Positions 31,334 through 41,917 of a stretch of 64,000 nucleotides of DNA are shown piece by piece. The stretch's first letter is position 1, and every line of letters begins with the position of its first letter. Made by a program: the position numbers and the translations under genes. The DNA comes from Spirochaetia bacterium (GTDB lineage: Bacteria; Spirochaetota; Spirochaetia; SP-2023): the NCBI GenBank assembly GCA_965225855.1, contig CBDDCK010000005.1:320001-384000 (forward strand). The letters are read 5' to 3'. The notes under the pieces are model-generated. The model was not told where the DNA came from. It searched no databases and saw only the letters and a program-made list of their open reading frames with translations.

Positions 31334-33529
31334 TTATGTTGCATGCTGCCGTATATCCACTATTTCCAGCTGAAATTTCATTTGGCCTTGGTAGTAATTG
31401 GCTTTAATGCGGTAGAGAATATCGACTATATCCCCTTTTGTAAAATCTTTTGTATGCCTTTCTGCTGAATTCCAGAAAACAGCAAAAAGGTTTTGTTCTT
31501 CATTTTGCTCTGCTGATGATTTATTGAGTATAAGGCGCAGATGCCCAGCATCGCTGCGTCCAATAGGTTGAACATCTTCGAGCAGTAAGCCTTTACTAAA
31601 CAGCAGGAGCTCTGGCCATGTTATGCCATAAGGAGCTAACGGTTGCCATAGCCGCTGCAATAGAGATGGGCCCAAGATTGCCAAAGGGATTTCGGCATCA
31701 ATATCATAAGTTTCTTCGCTTCTATGCACTTCCGTTAAAGGGAGTAATTTGAGTAATTCTGGCCATAATTGTTCTTGTTTTTCAGGATGGAGCCAAAAAC
31801 CGCCAGCAGCTTGGTGCCCACCATAATTGCCGTCAAACAATCCCAATTCGGCAAGGGACTCCATTAAAGACAGTACCGATTGCTCGCCGTTAGAACGTAT
31901 AGAGCCAGACCAAGTACCATTGTTTTCGCATAGGACAATTGCGAGAATACCTTTGTATTGCTGGCTTAAACGGGCGGCAATAATGCCGGTAATCCCTCGC
32001 GATAGTTGGGAGAGAGCAACATATACCAGTTGGCCATTGGATTCTATAAAACTCTGTTGTGCTGGCGCTTGTGCTAACATTTGGAATTGCTCACTTCGTT
32101 CGCGGCGTTCTTGGTTTAGCTGAATCAATTGTTGGGCCTTCTCGCGGCGCTCATCGGAGCTTTTAGCCATTAGCAGATCGGTAACGACTTCGGTATGCCC
32201 CATGCGTCCCGCAGAATTGAGTATGGGTATCACCTTCCAAGAAAGTTCCTTCACGTTGAGGTCTTGGCCGAGCATTCCCAATTCTAGCAGCAATTCCCGC
32301 AGGCCAGGGCGGGGGTTAGCCATTAGTTTGGCTAACCCTAGCTGGACAATAATTCGGTTTTCATTTTGTAGGGGCATCATATCGGCAATGCTGGCGATAG
32401 CCATTAGGTCTAGGCTTTGATTTAAGATTTTGCGGGGAATTTCCATTTTGTGCAGCAAGATTGAGATAAGCAATTCCACTTGGCTTTCAAAAGTATCTAG
32501 TTTGCGGTAAAGAGCTTGGCGGCTCAAGCGCAGTAATTCTTGACGCAGGATTACGGCATTTTGCAAAGCTCCCGACTTTCGTAGCTTCTCGGCCAAGCTA
32601 GGGAATTGGCGCAGTAGTTCTTGGCAAAAATCTAGCAAATAAATATCGCAAGAATTCCCGTAGATGTTTGAGAGAGCTTGGCGTGTGGCTTTTACTGTAA
32701 AGCTTACCAATACTTCATTTTGGATATATTGATATAAACGCTGGTGATCTTCTGGTACTTTTAATTCTAGTTCTAGTTGGCTGTGCAGGCAGAGGTTTTG
32801 CAGTTTGGCAGCGCGGACTAGGGTTTTACCATCTTCGGTTGTGGCAATGTCCAGCAGGCAAAAGCGTTGGCTATTGCCTTCGGATTCTTTCATATACGCT
32901 AATGCCCATAAGAATTTCCCTACCACACTGGCGGCACAAATATTTTTAAAAGGGTAGGGGCTTTGTTCTGTTGTGCTGCTGTGAGGGTTTACCAATGCAT
33001 AGGCTTCTGGCCGTTGTTCTTTGGGAGTGTGGTGGTCTAATACTACCACATCAATGTAGAGCTTTTGGGCTGCAATAATTTCTTTGTGGTTCGCACAACC
33101 ACAGTCTACCGTTACAATTAGGGTAATTCCCTGCTCGGCTGCTTCGTTTACCACATCGGTACTTAGGCCGTAAATATCTTCTGCCGTAGAGTTGCGGTAT
33201 TGCATGTTGCTTTGCTGTATGCCTAGGGCTAAAAGCCCGTGATATAGAATGGCGGTAGAGCTAATGCCATCTACATCGCGGTCTCCAAAGATGAGTATTT
33301 GTTCGCCTTCTTCAATGGCCATCAATACGCGTTCGGCTGCATCGGCCATTTCACTAAGTAAAAAGGGGTTGTGTAGATATCGTTCGCTACTTTCTAAGAA
33401 ATATAATAGGTCTGTGCTTTCGCTTAGGCCTCTACGCATGAGGATCGAACTAAGCAAAACGTCAATTCCTAATTTTTTGCTTAATTTGCGTATGCTGTCT
33501 TGTTCTAAATTTTGTTTATGCCAAATCAT
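31334..33529 (-). CDS. recJ: Single-stranded-DNA-specific exonuclease RecJ (with a long internal insert)
   Basis: FGDRDVDG, TVDCG, LDHH, IADMMPL..ENR, NSAGRMG, GSIRS, GGHQAAGG. Confidence 0.95.
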   Translation of the reverse strand: MIWHKQNLEQDSIRKLSKKLGIDVLLSSILMRRGLSESTDLLYFLESSERYLHNPFLLSEMADAAERVLMAIEEGEQILIFGDRDVDGISSTAILYHGLLALGIQQSNMQYRNSTAEDIYGLSTDVVNEAAEQGITLIVTVDCGCANHKEIIAAQKLYIDVVVLDHHTPKEQRPEAYALVNPHSSTTEQSPYPFKNICAASVVGKFLWALAYMKESEGNSQRFCLLDIATTEDGKTLVRAAKLQNLCLHSQLELELKVPEDHQRLYQYIQNEVLVSFTVKATRQALSNIYGNSCDIYLLDFCQELLRQFPSLAEKLRKSGALQNAVILRQELLRLSRQALYRKLDTFESQVELLISILLHKMEIPRKILNQSLDLMAIASIADMMPLQNENRIIVQLGLAKLMANPRPGLRELLLELGMLGQDLNVKELSWKVIPILNSAGRMGHTEVVTDLLMAKSSDERREKAQQLIQLNQERRERSEQFQMLAQAPAQQSFIESNGQLVYVALSQLSRGITGIIAARLSQQYKGILAIVLCENNGTWSGSIRSNGEQSVLSLMESLAELGLFDGNYGGHQAAGGFWLHPEKQEQLWPELLKLLPLTEVHRSEETYDIDAEIPLAILGPSLLQRLWQPLAPYGITWPELLLFSKGLLLEDVQPIGRSDAGHLRLILNKSSAEQNEEQNLFAVFWNSAERHTKDFTKGDIVDILYRIKANYYQGQMKFQLEIVDIRQHAT

Positions 33530-33666
33530 GGGCAAAGTCTAGCGAAAGTTGAGGGCCTTTTATAGAGCTTTTACGCCATTGCTTTGAAAGCTTTGCATTA
33601 ATGTGCTAAATAAGCAGAGATAGGCAAGGCCCAGATTGACAAGTAACTATAAAATTGCAAAAGTCC

Positions 33667-33695
33667 TTGACAAATTTTGCCCCCATTCATAAATT
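33667..33695 (+). promoter_or_regulatory. Promoter of lipoprotein 2 with canonical spacing
   Basis: TTGACA-aattttgcccccattca (17 nt)-TAAATT. Confidence 0.65.
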
Positions 33696-33762
33696 GATAT
33701 GTGATGGCAAAGCTTTTGAATTTGCTAACTTTAATTTTTCTCTTTTTTTGGAGGTATTACTT

Positions 33763-36700
33763 ATGAATAAGCATAGATTATTTTTATGGCCTATAGCTTT
33801 GCTATTGGGCTTGGGTATGGCGTTTTCCTGCGCCCCGCCCGATGATGATGATGGGCCATCGAAGCCGTCTAAGCCGGATATTAGTAGGGTTATGTACGAT
33901 TTTCATACGGGTGAACTAACTTTAAATGGTAGCAACCTGCCTACCACAGATTTGAAGTTGGATAAGATTTACGTTGGTCTTAAAGGCACTGAAATTGCTT
34001 TGAAAGATAGTTCTGGAGCAAAAGCTGAACAAGTGTCTATCACAACGAGTAAGCATATCTATAAAATTACGGATGATGCTGTTCATGATATTTTTGAAAA
34101 AGATGGTAAATTGAATAAGGCTGGTACGGCCTATAACCTAAAGCTGGACGCAAATTGGGTAATGGCTGACACAGGTTCACAGCAGGATACAATTGAAATT
34201 TCGGTTATACATGTTACCGATGAACCAGGTCTTACAAAAGTGCTTATGGAAAAATCAGGTAGCAATTATGATTTAACGCTAGAGGGATATAATCTAGGTA
34301 CAGCAGAATTGCAGTTGGGTAAGATTTCCGTTTCTGTAGGTGAAGACCAAAGTTCCGCTTTGTATAACAAAGTATCTAGGATCCGTTACGAAGATAGAAT
34401 GCACAGCTATAGAATTACGGATCCTACTATTAAAGGCTACTTTGACAAAGATGGTCCAATGGCTAAAGATGGTGATCAATACGAATTGAAACTAGCGGCA
34501 AATTGGGCAACGACTACCACAGGTGGAGTTATAGAAAGTATCCAAATTGAGGTTAGTGGCTTTAGTACTAAAGTAAACGAGGCAAGCTACGATGTTAGCA
34601 CTAATATCTTAACCTTAGAGGGTACTAACTTAACTAGTGCGACTGCGACCCAAGAGCAAATCCGAACTATCAGGGTAGATGGCGTAGTCTTAACTTCCTA
34701 TACTGCCGATAACACACCCAGTGGGTCGAATAGTGATAGTCTTGCAGCAGGTAGCTACCGCATTAAAGACGATGGTACAAAGATTTGGATTAAACTTACC
34801 AGTGGAAATGCAGCTACGCTTGAGGACAAGCCAGGTATGGATTCTGATGGTAGCAAAGCCGGTAAGCTTGATGTTAGCACTGGTACTTGGGCTGGTTTAG
34901 ATACAGCTAAAGACTTAATGGTTACTGGAAACTCACCACCATCTAGCCCTGCAATCACCAGTGCAGGCTACAATGTTGGTACAGGCGTGTTAGTGATTAC
35001 AGGTACTAATTTACCATCAACAGTTGGAGGCTGGGACTTCACTAAATTGAAGTTTGTCGCAGGTAATGGTACTAAGAGTACCGCATTAAAAGGGCACGCA
35101 GCCAAATCTGCTCACACAGCTACAGGTTCTGAAGCAAGTACAACAAGCTTAACGATTACTTTAACGGGTACTGAAAAAACCAAAGCCGATGGTATACTGG
35201 TTAAGAATGGTCTTCGTGATGATGGTGGTAAATACAACCTTGAAGCATTAGCAGGATTTGCAGGTGGTAGCGCTGAAGACCCAACAGGTAATGATATTTA
35301 CGTTGTTGGAAACCCAGCTAAAGTAAACGAGGCAAGATACAATGTTAGCACTAATATCTTAACCTTAAAAGGTATTAACTTACATAGTGCGACCCAAGAG
35401 CAAATCCGAACCATCAGGGTAGATGGCGTAGCCTTAACTTCCTATACTCCAGATGACACAGCCACTGGGGCAGATAGTGATGGTATTGCAGCAGGTCGCT
35501 ACCGCTTTAAATTCAACGATAACACAGAGATTTGGATTAAACTTACCAGTGGAGATGCAACTATGCTTGAGGACAAGCCAGGTATGGATTCTGATGGTAG
35601 CAAAGCCGGTAAGCTTACTAGCACTGGTGCTTGGGCTGGTTTAGATACAGCGAAAGACTTAATCGTTAGTGGAAACGCAGGAGCTAGCTCCCCTGCAATC
35701 ACCAGTGCAAGCTACGATATTATGACTGATATCTTAACCTTATTAGGTACTAACTTAACTAGTGCGACTGCGACCCGAGATCAAATCCGAACCGTCAGGG
35801 TAGATGAAGTAGCTTTAGATTCCTATGCTCCAGATGACACAGCCACTGGGACAAATAGTAACAGTCTTCTAAGAGATCACTACCGCATTAAAAACGATGG
35901 CACAAAGATTTGGGTTAAACTTACATCTGCAGATGCAACTGAGCTTGAGGACAAGCCAGGTATGGATTCTGATGGTAACAAAGCCGGTAAGCTTGATGTT
36001 AGCACTGGTTCTTGGGCTGGTTTAAATATAGCTAAAGGCTTAACCGTTAGTGGAAACACACCTCCATCTAGCCCTACCCCTGCAATCACCAGTGCAACCT
36101 ACGATGTTGTTACAGGCGCGTTAGTGATTACAGGTAATAATTTACCGTCAGCAGTGAATGGCTGGGACTTCTCTAAATTGAAGCTTGGCTTAAGTGGTTC
36201 TGAGACTGCCTTAAGTGTGCACGCACCTTCAGGTATGCACACAGCTACAGGTTCTAATCCAGGTGCAACAACCTTAACGATTATTTTAACGGGTACTGAA
36301 AAAGCCAAAGCCGATGTACTGGATACGAATGGTATTCATGGTTCTACTGGTGTTCTATACAACCTTAAAGCAGAAGCAGGATTTGCAACTGCTAGTTTAA
36401 GAGTAGAAGACACAACCAATAGTATTACGGTTAGTGGACACCCAGCTAAAGTAACCAGTGCAAGCTACGATGTTAGGACTGATATCTTAACCTTAGAAGG
36501 TACTAACTTACATAGTGCGACCGAAGAGCAAATCCAAACTATTGAGGTAGATGGCGTAGCCTTAAATTCCTATACTCCAGATAACAGTGCCACTGGGCCA
36601 GATAGTGGCGGTCTTGCACTAGATAAGTACCGCATTAAAACCGATGGCACAAAGATTTGGATTAAACTTACCAATTCAGATGCAACTGCGCTTGAGAACA

Positions 36701-37602
36701 AGCCAGGTATGGCTTCTAATAGTATAAAAGCCGGTAAGCTTAGTGTTGGCGCTGGTACTTGGGCTGGTTTAGATACAGCTAAAGCCTTAACCGTTATTGG
36801 AAACAAACCACCCCCTACAATCACCAGTGCAAACTACAATGCTCATACAGGCGTGTTAGTGATTACAGGTACTGATTTACCAACAACAGAGAATGGCTGG
36901 GACTTCACTAAATTGAAGTTTGTCGCAGGTAATGGTATTACTAGGAGTGCTGCATTAAGTGGGCACGCAATCAAAGCTGCAAACACAGCTACAGGTTCTT
37001 CAGCAAGTGCAATAGGCTTAACGATTACTTTAACGGGTACTGAAAAAACCAAAGCCGATGATATACTGGTTAAGAATGGTCCTCGTGATGGTGATGGTCT
37101 ATACAACCTTGAAGCATCAGCAGGATTTGTAACTGGTAGTCTAGATGTAGAAGACCTAACAGGTAATGCTATTGTAGTTACTGGTAACCCTGCAATCTCC
37201 GTAGTAGCCTATACTGCAGATACAGGCAAGTTATTGATTACAGGTACTAATTTACCAACAACAGTTGGAGGCTGGGACTTCACTAAATTGAAGGTTGGCG
37301 CAAGTGGTTCTGAGATTGCCTTAAGTGGGCACGCAGCCGCAAGTACGGACACAGCTACAGGTTCTGAAGCAAGTTTAACAACCTTAACGATTACTTTAAA
37401 GGGTGCTGAAAAAACCAAAGTCGATAATGTACTGAATAAGAATGGTAATAGTGATGCTGGTAATATTCCATACAACTTTAAAGCAGAAGCAGGATTTGCA
37501 ACTGCTAGTTTAAGAGTAGAAGACCCAATCACTCCTATTTACGTTACTAAACAAGCAGGTGGTCCAGCAGGTAACGTAGGTGTCATCGGCAATACACCAT
37601 AA
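33763..37602 (+). CDS. Large modular Ig-like repeat surface lipoprotein (paralog 2; C-C-A-B-A-A-B-A-B-B)
   Basis: RBS GGAGG, lipobox MAFS|CAPPDDDD, and ten ~120-aa repeats: the same A and B types as paralogs 1/3 plus two divergent N-terminal modules. Confidence 0.85.
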   Translation: MNKHRLFLWPIALLLGLGMAFSCAPPDDDDGPSKPSKPDISRVMYDFHTGELTLNGSNLPTTDLKLDKIYVGLKGTEIALKDSSGAKAEQVSITTSKHIYKITDDAVHDIFEKDGKLNKAGTAYNLKLDANWVMADTGSQQDTIEISVIHVTDEPGLTKVLMEKSGSNYDLTLEGYNLGTAELQLGKISVSVGEDQSSALYNKVSRIRYEDRMHSYRITDPTIKGYFDKDGPMAKDGDQYELKLAANWATTTTGGVIESIQIEVSGFSTKVNEASYDVSTNILTLEGTNLTSATATQEQIRTIRVDGVVLTSYTADNTPSGSNSDSLAAGSYRIKDDGTKIWIKLTSGNAATLEDKPGMDSDGSKAGKLDVSTGTWAGLDTAKDLMVTGNSPPSSPAITSAGYNVGTGVLVITGTNLPSTVGGWDFTKLKFVAGNGTKSTALKGHAAKSAHTATGSEASTTSLTITLTGTEKTKADGILVKNGLRDDGGKYNLEALAGFAGGSAEDPTGNDIYVVGNPAKVNEARYNVSTNILTLKGINLHSATQEQIRTIRVDGVALTSYTPDDTATGADSDGIAAGRYRFKFNDNTEIWIKLTSGDATMLEDKPGMDSDGSKAGKLTSTGAWAGLDTAKDLIVSGNAGASSPAITSASYDIMTDILTLLGTNLTSATATRDQIRTVRVDEVALDSYAPDDTATGTNSNSLLRDHYRIKNDGTKIWVKLTSADATELEDKPGMDSDGNKAGKLDVSTGSWAGLNIAKGLTVSGNTPPSSPTPAITSATYDVVTGALVITGNNLPSAVNGWDFSKLKLGLSGSETALSVHAPSGMHTATGSNPGATTLTIILTGTEKAKADVLDTNGIHGSTGVLYNLKAEAGFATASLRVEDTTNSITVSGHPAKVTSASYDVRTDILTLEGTNLHSATEEQIQTIEVDGVALNSYTPDNSATGPDSGGLALDKYRIKTDGTKIWIKLTNSDATALENKPGMASNSIKAGKLSVGAGTWAGLDTAKALTVIGNKPPPTITSANYNAHTGVLVITGTDLPTTENGWDFTKLKFVAGNGITRSAALSGHAIKAANTATGSSASAIGLTITLTGTEKTKADDILVKNGPRDGDGLYNLEASAGFVTGSLDVEDLTGNAIVVTGNPAISVVAYTADTGKLLITGTNLPTTVGGWDFTKLKVGASGSEIALSGHAAASTDTATGSEASLTTLTITLKGAEKTKVDNVLNKNGNSDAGNIPYNFKAEAGFATASLRVEDPITPIYVTKQAGGPAGNVGVIGNTP

Positions 37603-37695
37603 CCCTAATTCTTTTAGGTAACGAAGCAGGATAATTATTGCTATAATCAATGATTGTCTGGCTTATTTTTAGCTTTTAGAGCATTATGCTTATTC

Positions 37696-37744
37696 AGCAA
37701 GCAAGGTTTTGGGTTTAAGCCCAAGGCCTTGCTTGCTTTTTTTG
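37696..37744 (+). terminator. Intrinsic terminator of lipoprotein 2
   Basis: agcaagcaaggttttggg-tttaag-cccaaggccttgcttgct plus T-run. Confidence 0.8.
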
Positions 37745-37940
37745 GGTGTAAATATGGCTAGTAACAACAAACCAAGTTAGTAGTGGGTTGCGACTAGCTT
37801 GGTAGTGGAGTAATCGCTATCCGAGTCTAGCTTTTAGAATGGACTGCCTTATTTGTGGGGTGCTAGTTAAAACCAAACTCTTGCTTTGTAGGTTATATTG
37901 GGGTAAATCGTATTTACAATCGTTATAAAGGGCCAATACA

Positions 37941-38558
37941 ATGACTGATCAAGAATTAAAAGACTTAGTAGCAAGCTTAGCCATTGCCCAAGCCAAGACC
38001 GATAAGCAATTGGCCAAAACCGATAAGCAATTGGCCGAAACCGATAAGCAAATTCGCACTTCCCAAGCCAAGACCGATAAGCAATTGGCTGAATTTACTA
38101 AAGGGCTCAATGATTTGAAAAAGCTGTTTGGCAGTGCCCAGAACAACCAAGGGCAAATCAATGAAGAATTTATATGCAACAGTATTATTGCCCAAGACCA
38201 AGCAACCAACGGCAAGGTGCTCTGGGGTGTTTGTTACGATTATATAGAGCGCAATGTCAAAAGCCGTTTTGGCCAGACCCAAGGTGAGTACGACTGCGTT
38301 GCCTACAATGGTGATAGCATTGCGATTGTCGAAGTCAAGAGCAAGGCCCATATCAACGATATAGCCAAATTCCCCACGATGATAAGGACATTCCGCATTC
38401 TATATCCGATGTACAAAGACTTTAAGATTTACATAGGCATTGCCTCTTTGCATATCAATAATGATGTAGTAAAGGAATGCCAAGACAAAGGCTATGGTAT
38501 TTTGCGTTTGTCGGGCAACACACTGGAAGAACTGGCTAGCAAGCTTATCGCTCAATAA
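37941..38558 (+). CDS. Coiled-coil heptad-repeat protein with C-terminal PD-(D/E)XK-like domain (DUF3782-like)
   Basis: MTDQELKDLVASLA then (AKTDKQL)n 21-bp repeats. EE..GEYDCVAYNG..IVEVKS resembles a nuclease motif. Confidence 0.7.
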   Translation: MTDQELKDLVASLAIAQAKTDKQLAKTDKQLAETDKQIRTSQAKTDKQLAEFTKGLNDLKKLFGSAQNNQGQINEEFICNSIIAQDQATNGKVLWGVCYDYIERNVKSRFGQTQGEYDCVAYNGDSIAIVEVKSKAHINDIAKFPTMIRTFRILYPMYKDFKIYIGIASLHINNDVVKECQDKGYGILRLSGNTLEELASKLIAQ

Positions 38559-38679
38559 GGCTCTACTATCATTATAAGAGCAGGGTGCTGGGGGCAATTT
38601 GATCGATTTGTTTAGAGCAAAGACTGTTAGGCATTTACTATTTTTGCTACAATGCTTCAAATTCCTTTAGGATTCCGAA

Positions 38680-41157
38680 TTGGCAAAACATCGCAGCTTT
38701 CAATGCTATTCTGCTTATTATACTTCCTGTTATTCTGCGTGGTTAAGGCGCAGCTACTTTGTTTTGTGGTTGGGGCTAGGGTTGCTACTTACGATAGCGG
38801 CTAGTAATGTGCATTACCTACAGCTCAACGTCAATACCGATAAATTCTTTTTGCAAAGTGATGTCAACGCTCTAGCCAACCAAAAGTTTAAACAAACATA
38901 CCAAATCGGTGAGAGCATAGGTATTTATGTAGAAAGCCAAACAGGGACTTTACAGCCAGAACAACTAGAACATCTCAGTAAGTTAAGCCGAGAGCTAGAG
39001 CAATTGCCCTATGTGCGTTCCGTACAAAGTTTAGCTAATTTGTGGCAGCGCAGCCCAGGCGCAACAGCAGCAGAAAAGCAACAAAACCTTCGCAACTTTG
39101 TGGCCAAACATCCCGAACTACAAACCCTACATTCTGCAGATTGGCAAAAATTATGGTTGCTAGTAGAATTTTATCCCTATGAGCATTACCCGCTTAGCAA
39201 AAAGGCAGGCCCTTTACTGGACGCCTTATCGGAACTAGATGCACCGCACGGAGCATGGCAATTACCCCTAATACTGGAGGAGGCCAGCATATCTACATGG
39301 GAAGACTTACAGGCTCTATCACAACAAACAGGCCAACCCAGCCAACTCCTAGCCCAGCTTGTGGAACAATTATTACAGCGTTATCAGCAAAATTTACGTT
39401 TTATCCCCGTAGGAATTTTAACAAACACTTATCGCTTAGAAAGGGAACTAAGCGTAGATTTAATCAAAGTACTAATTATTGCTGGCTTAACTTGCATGTT
39501 CTTTATTTTTACATTGATGCAAAGCTCTATAACAGCTATAGCGGTTCTGCTCTGTGTGTTAGCCAATGTAGTGCTCGTTTTTGGTTTTAGCGGCTGGCTA
39601 GGACTTGCCATTGATAAAACATTGGTAATGATACCTGTTTTACTGGGTTTTGGCAGTAGTGTTAGCTATTGCATTCACATTGAAAAATCTTGGGAGAAAA
39701 TTTGGGGAGCTTTGAAAAAAAATCAGCACCATAATCAGCAAACTATATTGGGGCAGGCCATATTCCAAAATATACGCCCCCTAAGTTTTGCGGCTCTAAC
39801 AACCGTATTATCACTATTGAGCTTTATTGCCGTTCCAATCCCGATGATTCGCAACGCTGGTTTCCAATCCGCTTTAGCTGTATCTTTATCATATTTTTTG
39901 TCTCTTGGTTTGTTTTGTAGCCTGTTACAATTTTGCCGACCAAAAAATAAGAATAAAACAAGGTCAGCGATACACAAACCGGTAATTGCATTGGCCCTGT
40001 ATTTTTACCGCCATCGTGTGTGGAGTATCTCGGTTGCCGTAATCTTGCTGATTGCCAGTTTATTACTGCTAGCCCAAATAACAGTAGACCTTTCTACCGA
40101 ATCCATGCTAGGGCGCAAATTTACTTATGTGCGCGAATTACTGGAAGTTTCTGAATCTGAAATTGGTGCAGGGGGCTTTTATAATATTGACGTGGTATTT
40201 CCCAAAGAAAACAAAAAGACCAAGGAAAAGAAAAAGACTAAGCAGCTTTCTAATGATCTCCTCAAAAAATCACAATTACAACAGATTGCTGAATTTGAGC
40301 AGTTGTTGCGCAAAACAACCATGGTCAAAAATGTCTCTTCGGTAGTAACCTTTATCCAAAGTGTGCAGCGCATTTATCGTGGAAGTAAAGATTTACCAGA
40401 AACGGGCAAACAGGCAGAGCAAGCTTTACTCACTTGGGAGCGACTTTTTAGAGGGCAGCGCAGCCAGTGGTACTCAAAAGAAGCTAACAGCCTGCGTATG
40501 TTAGTACAAGTCAAGCAAGCTAGCTCGCAAGAAAATATTGCCCACATGCAGGAAATTCGCCAGTTGGCAGCCCAGATTTTTCCGGCAAGAATTACAGTCG
40601 AACCCTTGGGTGGGGTTTTTCAACTGGCCATTATGAACCAATATATAACCAAAGGTTTGCTGCGCTCTTTTAGCCTTTCATTGCTTTTTGTCGCTGTATT
40701 GTTGTTTATTTTATTGCGAAGCTTGCGCATCGGTTTGATTGCTTTGGTGCCCAACTTGTTCCCCGTTTTACTCACAGGGGCTACGGTTGTATTACTGGGG
40801 CGCAGTTTGGAATTTGTTTCGATGACGGTTGCACCCATGATAATAGGCTTAGCCGTTGATGATACCATTTATTTTCTCGGCCACGTACAAACCCTATTGC
40901 GTCAAAAAATTTATAACCAGTTTGATTTGGTGATAAAACATTCACTCGAGCAAATAGCTCCGGCCTTGATTACCACGACCTTGATACTTTGCGCTTTGTT
41001 TGCTTCCTTGCTTTTTTCACGTGCGAGCAATATTGGCTCTATGGGGCTTTATACTATTGTTGCCATGTTAGCTGCCCTATTTTCCGATTTATTTTTAACC
41101 CCAATACTGTTGCGTTGGGCTTTTGCTTATAAGTTCAAAAATTGTGATGGTAGCTGA
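38680..41157 (+). CDS. MMPL/RND-family transporter
   Basis: Two TM bundles, each with a large periplasmic loop. AALTT, IALVPN..P, IIGLAVDDTIY, LFSDLFLTP. Confidence 0.88.
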   Translation: MAKHRSFQCYSAYYTSCYSAWLRRSYFVLWLGLGLLLTIAASNVHYLQLNVNTDKFFLQSDVNALANQKFKQTYQIGESIGIYVESQTGTLQPEQLEHLSKLSRELEQLPYVRSVQSLANLWQRSPGATAAEKQQNLRNFVAKHPELQTLHSADWQKLWLLVEFYPYEHYPLSKKAGPLLDALSELDAPHGAWQLPLILEEASISTWEDLQALSQQTGQPSQLLAQLVEQLLQRYQQNLRFIPVGILTNTYRLERELSVDLIKVLIIAGLTCMFFIFTLMQSSITAIAVLLCVLANVVLVFGFSGWLGLAIDKTLVMIPVLLGFGSSVSYCIHIEKSWEKIWGALKKNQHHNQQTILGQAIFQNIRPLSFAALTTVLSLLSFIAVPIPMIRNAGFQSALAVSLSYFLSLGLFCSLLQFCRPKNKNKTRSAIHKPVIALALYFYRHRVWSISVAVILLIASLLLLAQITVDLSTESMLGRKFTYVRELLEVSESEIGAGGFYNIDVVFPKENKKTKEKKKTKQLSNDLLKKSQLQQIAEFEQLLRKTTMVKNVSSVVTFIQSVQRIYRGSKDLPETGKQAEQALLTWERLFRGQRSQWYSKEANSLRMLVQVKQASSQENIAHMQEIRQLAAQIFPARITVEPLGGVFQLAIMNQYITKGLLRSFSLSLLFVAVLLFILLRSLRIGLIALVPNLFPVLLTGATVVLLGRSLEFVSMTVAPMIIGLAVDDTIYFLGHVQTLLRQKIYNQFDLVIKHSLEQIAPALITTTLILCALFASLLFSRASNIGSMGLYTIVAMLAALFSDLFLTPILLRWAFAYKFKNCDGS

Positions 41158-41229
41158 AAATAACTGTAAGACAATTGTTTGAAATTTTTTAAAGTTGTGT
41201 GGAATAATTTATGAAAAATCAAAAGGTAC

Positions 41230-41258
41230 TTGACCTAATATCTATTACATGGTAAATT
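41230..41258 (+). promoter_or_regulatory. Promoter upstream of yajC-secDF
   Basis: TTGACC-17 nt-TAAATT with TG extension. Confidence 0.6.
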
Positions 41259-41455
41259 CCGCACGCTAATAATGGCCGTAGTGATTTTACTATTTTTCTA
41301 TGGTCGTTCTGGCCCAGTATATTTTTTCAGGGCTTTTTATTAGGCACTTCAGTACTTGTTCACAGTAGCCATACTTACTTGAGAATAAAGCAATGGGTTT
41401 TGTTGTTTTATTTTTCGTGTAGCTCAATAGTATTGTAAGTTGTAGGAGTAGTTTT

Positions 41456-41902
41456 ATGTTTTCTGTTATCCAAGATGCAGGTTTGTTTTTGCTTGCAGCC
41501 CCTCCCGCAGGAGGTGAAGGTGGGGCTGCGAATATGACCCAAACTTTTATTTTTATGGGGCTTATTTTTGTTGTCTTTTGGTTTTTTATGATTCGGCCTC
41601 AAAGGCAAAAACAAAAGCGACGCGAGGCCATGCTCAAAGCTTTGGACAAAGGGAATAAAGTGGTAACGATTGGCGGTATCCGAGGGGTAGTGACAAAAGT
41701 TACCGAAGATGTCGTTGCAGTGAAGATTGATAGTAATTGTAAGGTTGAATTTAGTCGTTCGGCAATTGCTGAAATTATCCAGCAAGAAGCGAATGCAAAA
41801 GAAAGTGTAGCTCCGTCACTGAATAAAGAGAAAGAAATTGCAGATCAAAAAAATTCTGAGAAAAATAAGAAGCAAGATAAGGGAGAAGAAGGGGCTCAAT
41901 AG
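41456..41902 (+). CDS. yajC: Preprotein translocase subunit YajC
   Basis: FWFFMIRPQRQKQK..LDKGNKVVTIGGIRG..FSRSAI. Confidence 0.95.
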   Translation: MFSVIQDAGLFLLAAPPAGGEGGAANMTQTFIFMGLIFVVFWFFMIRPQRQKQKRREAMLKALDKGNKVVTIGGIRGVVTKVTEDVVAVKIDSNCKVEFSRSAIAEIIQQEANAKESVAPSLNKEKEIADQKNSEKNKKQDKGEEGAQ

Positions 41903-41917
41903 CCTTGCGAAAAATTT

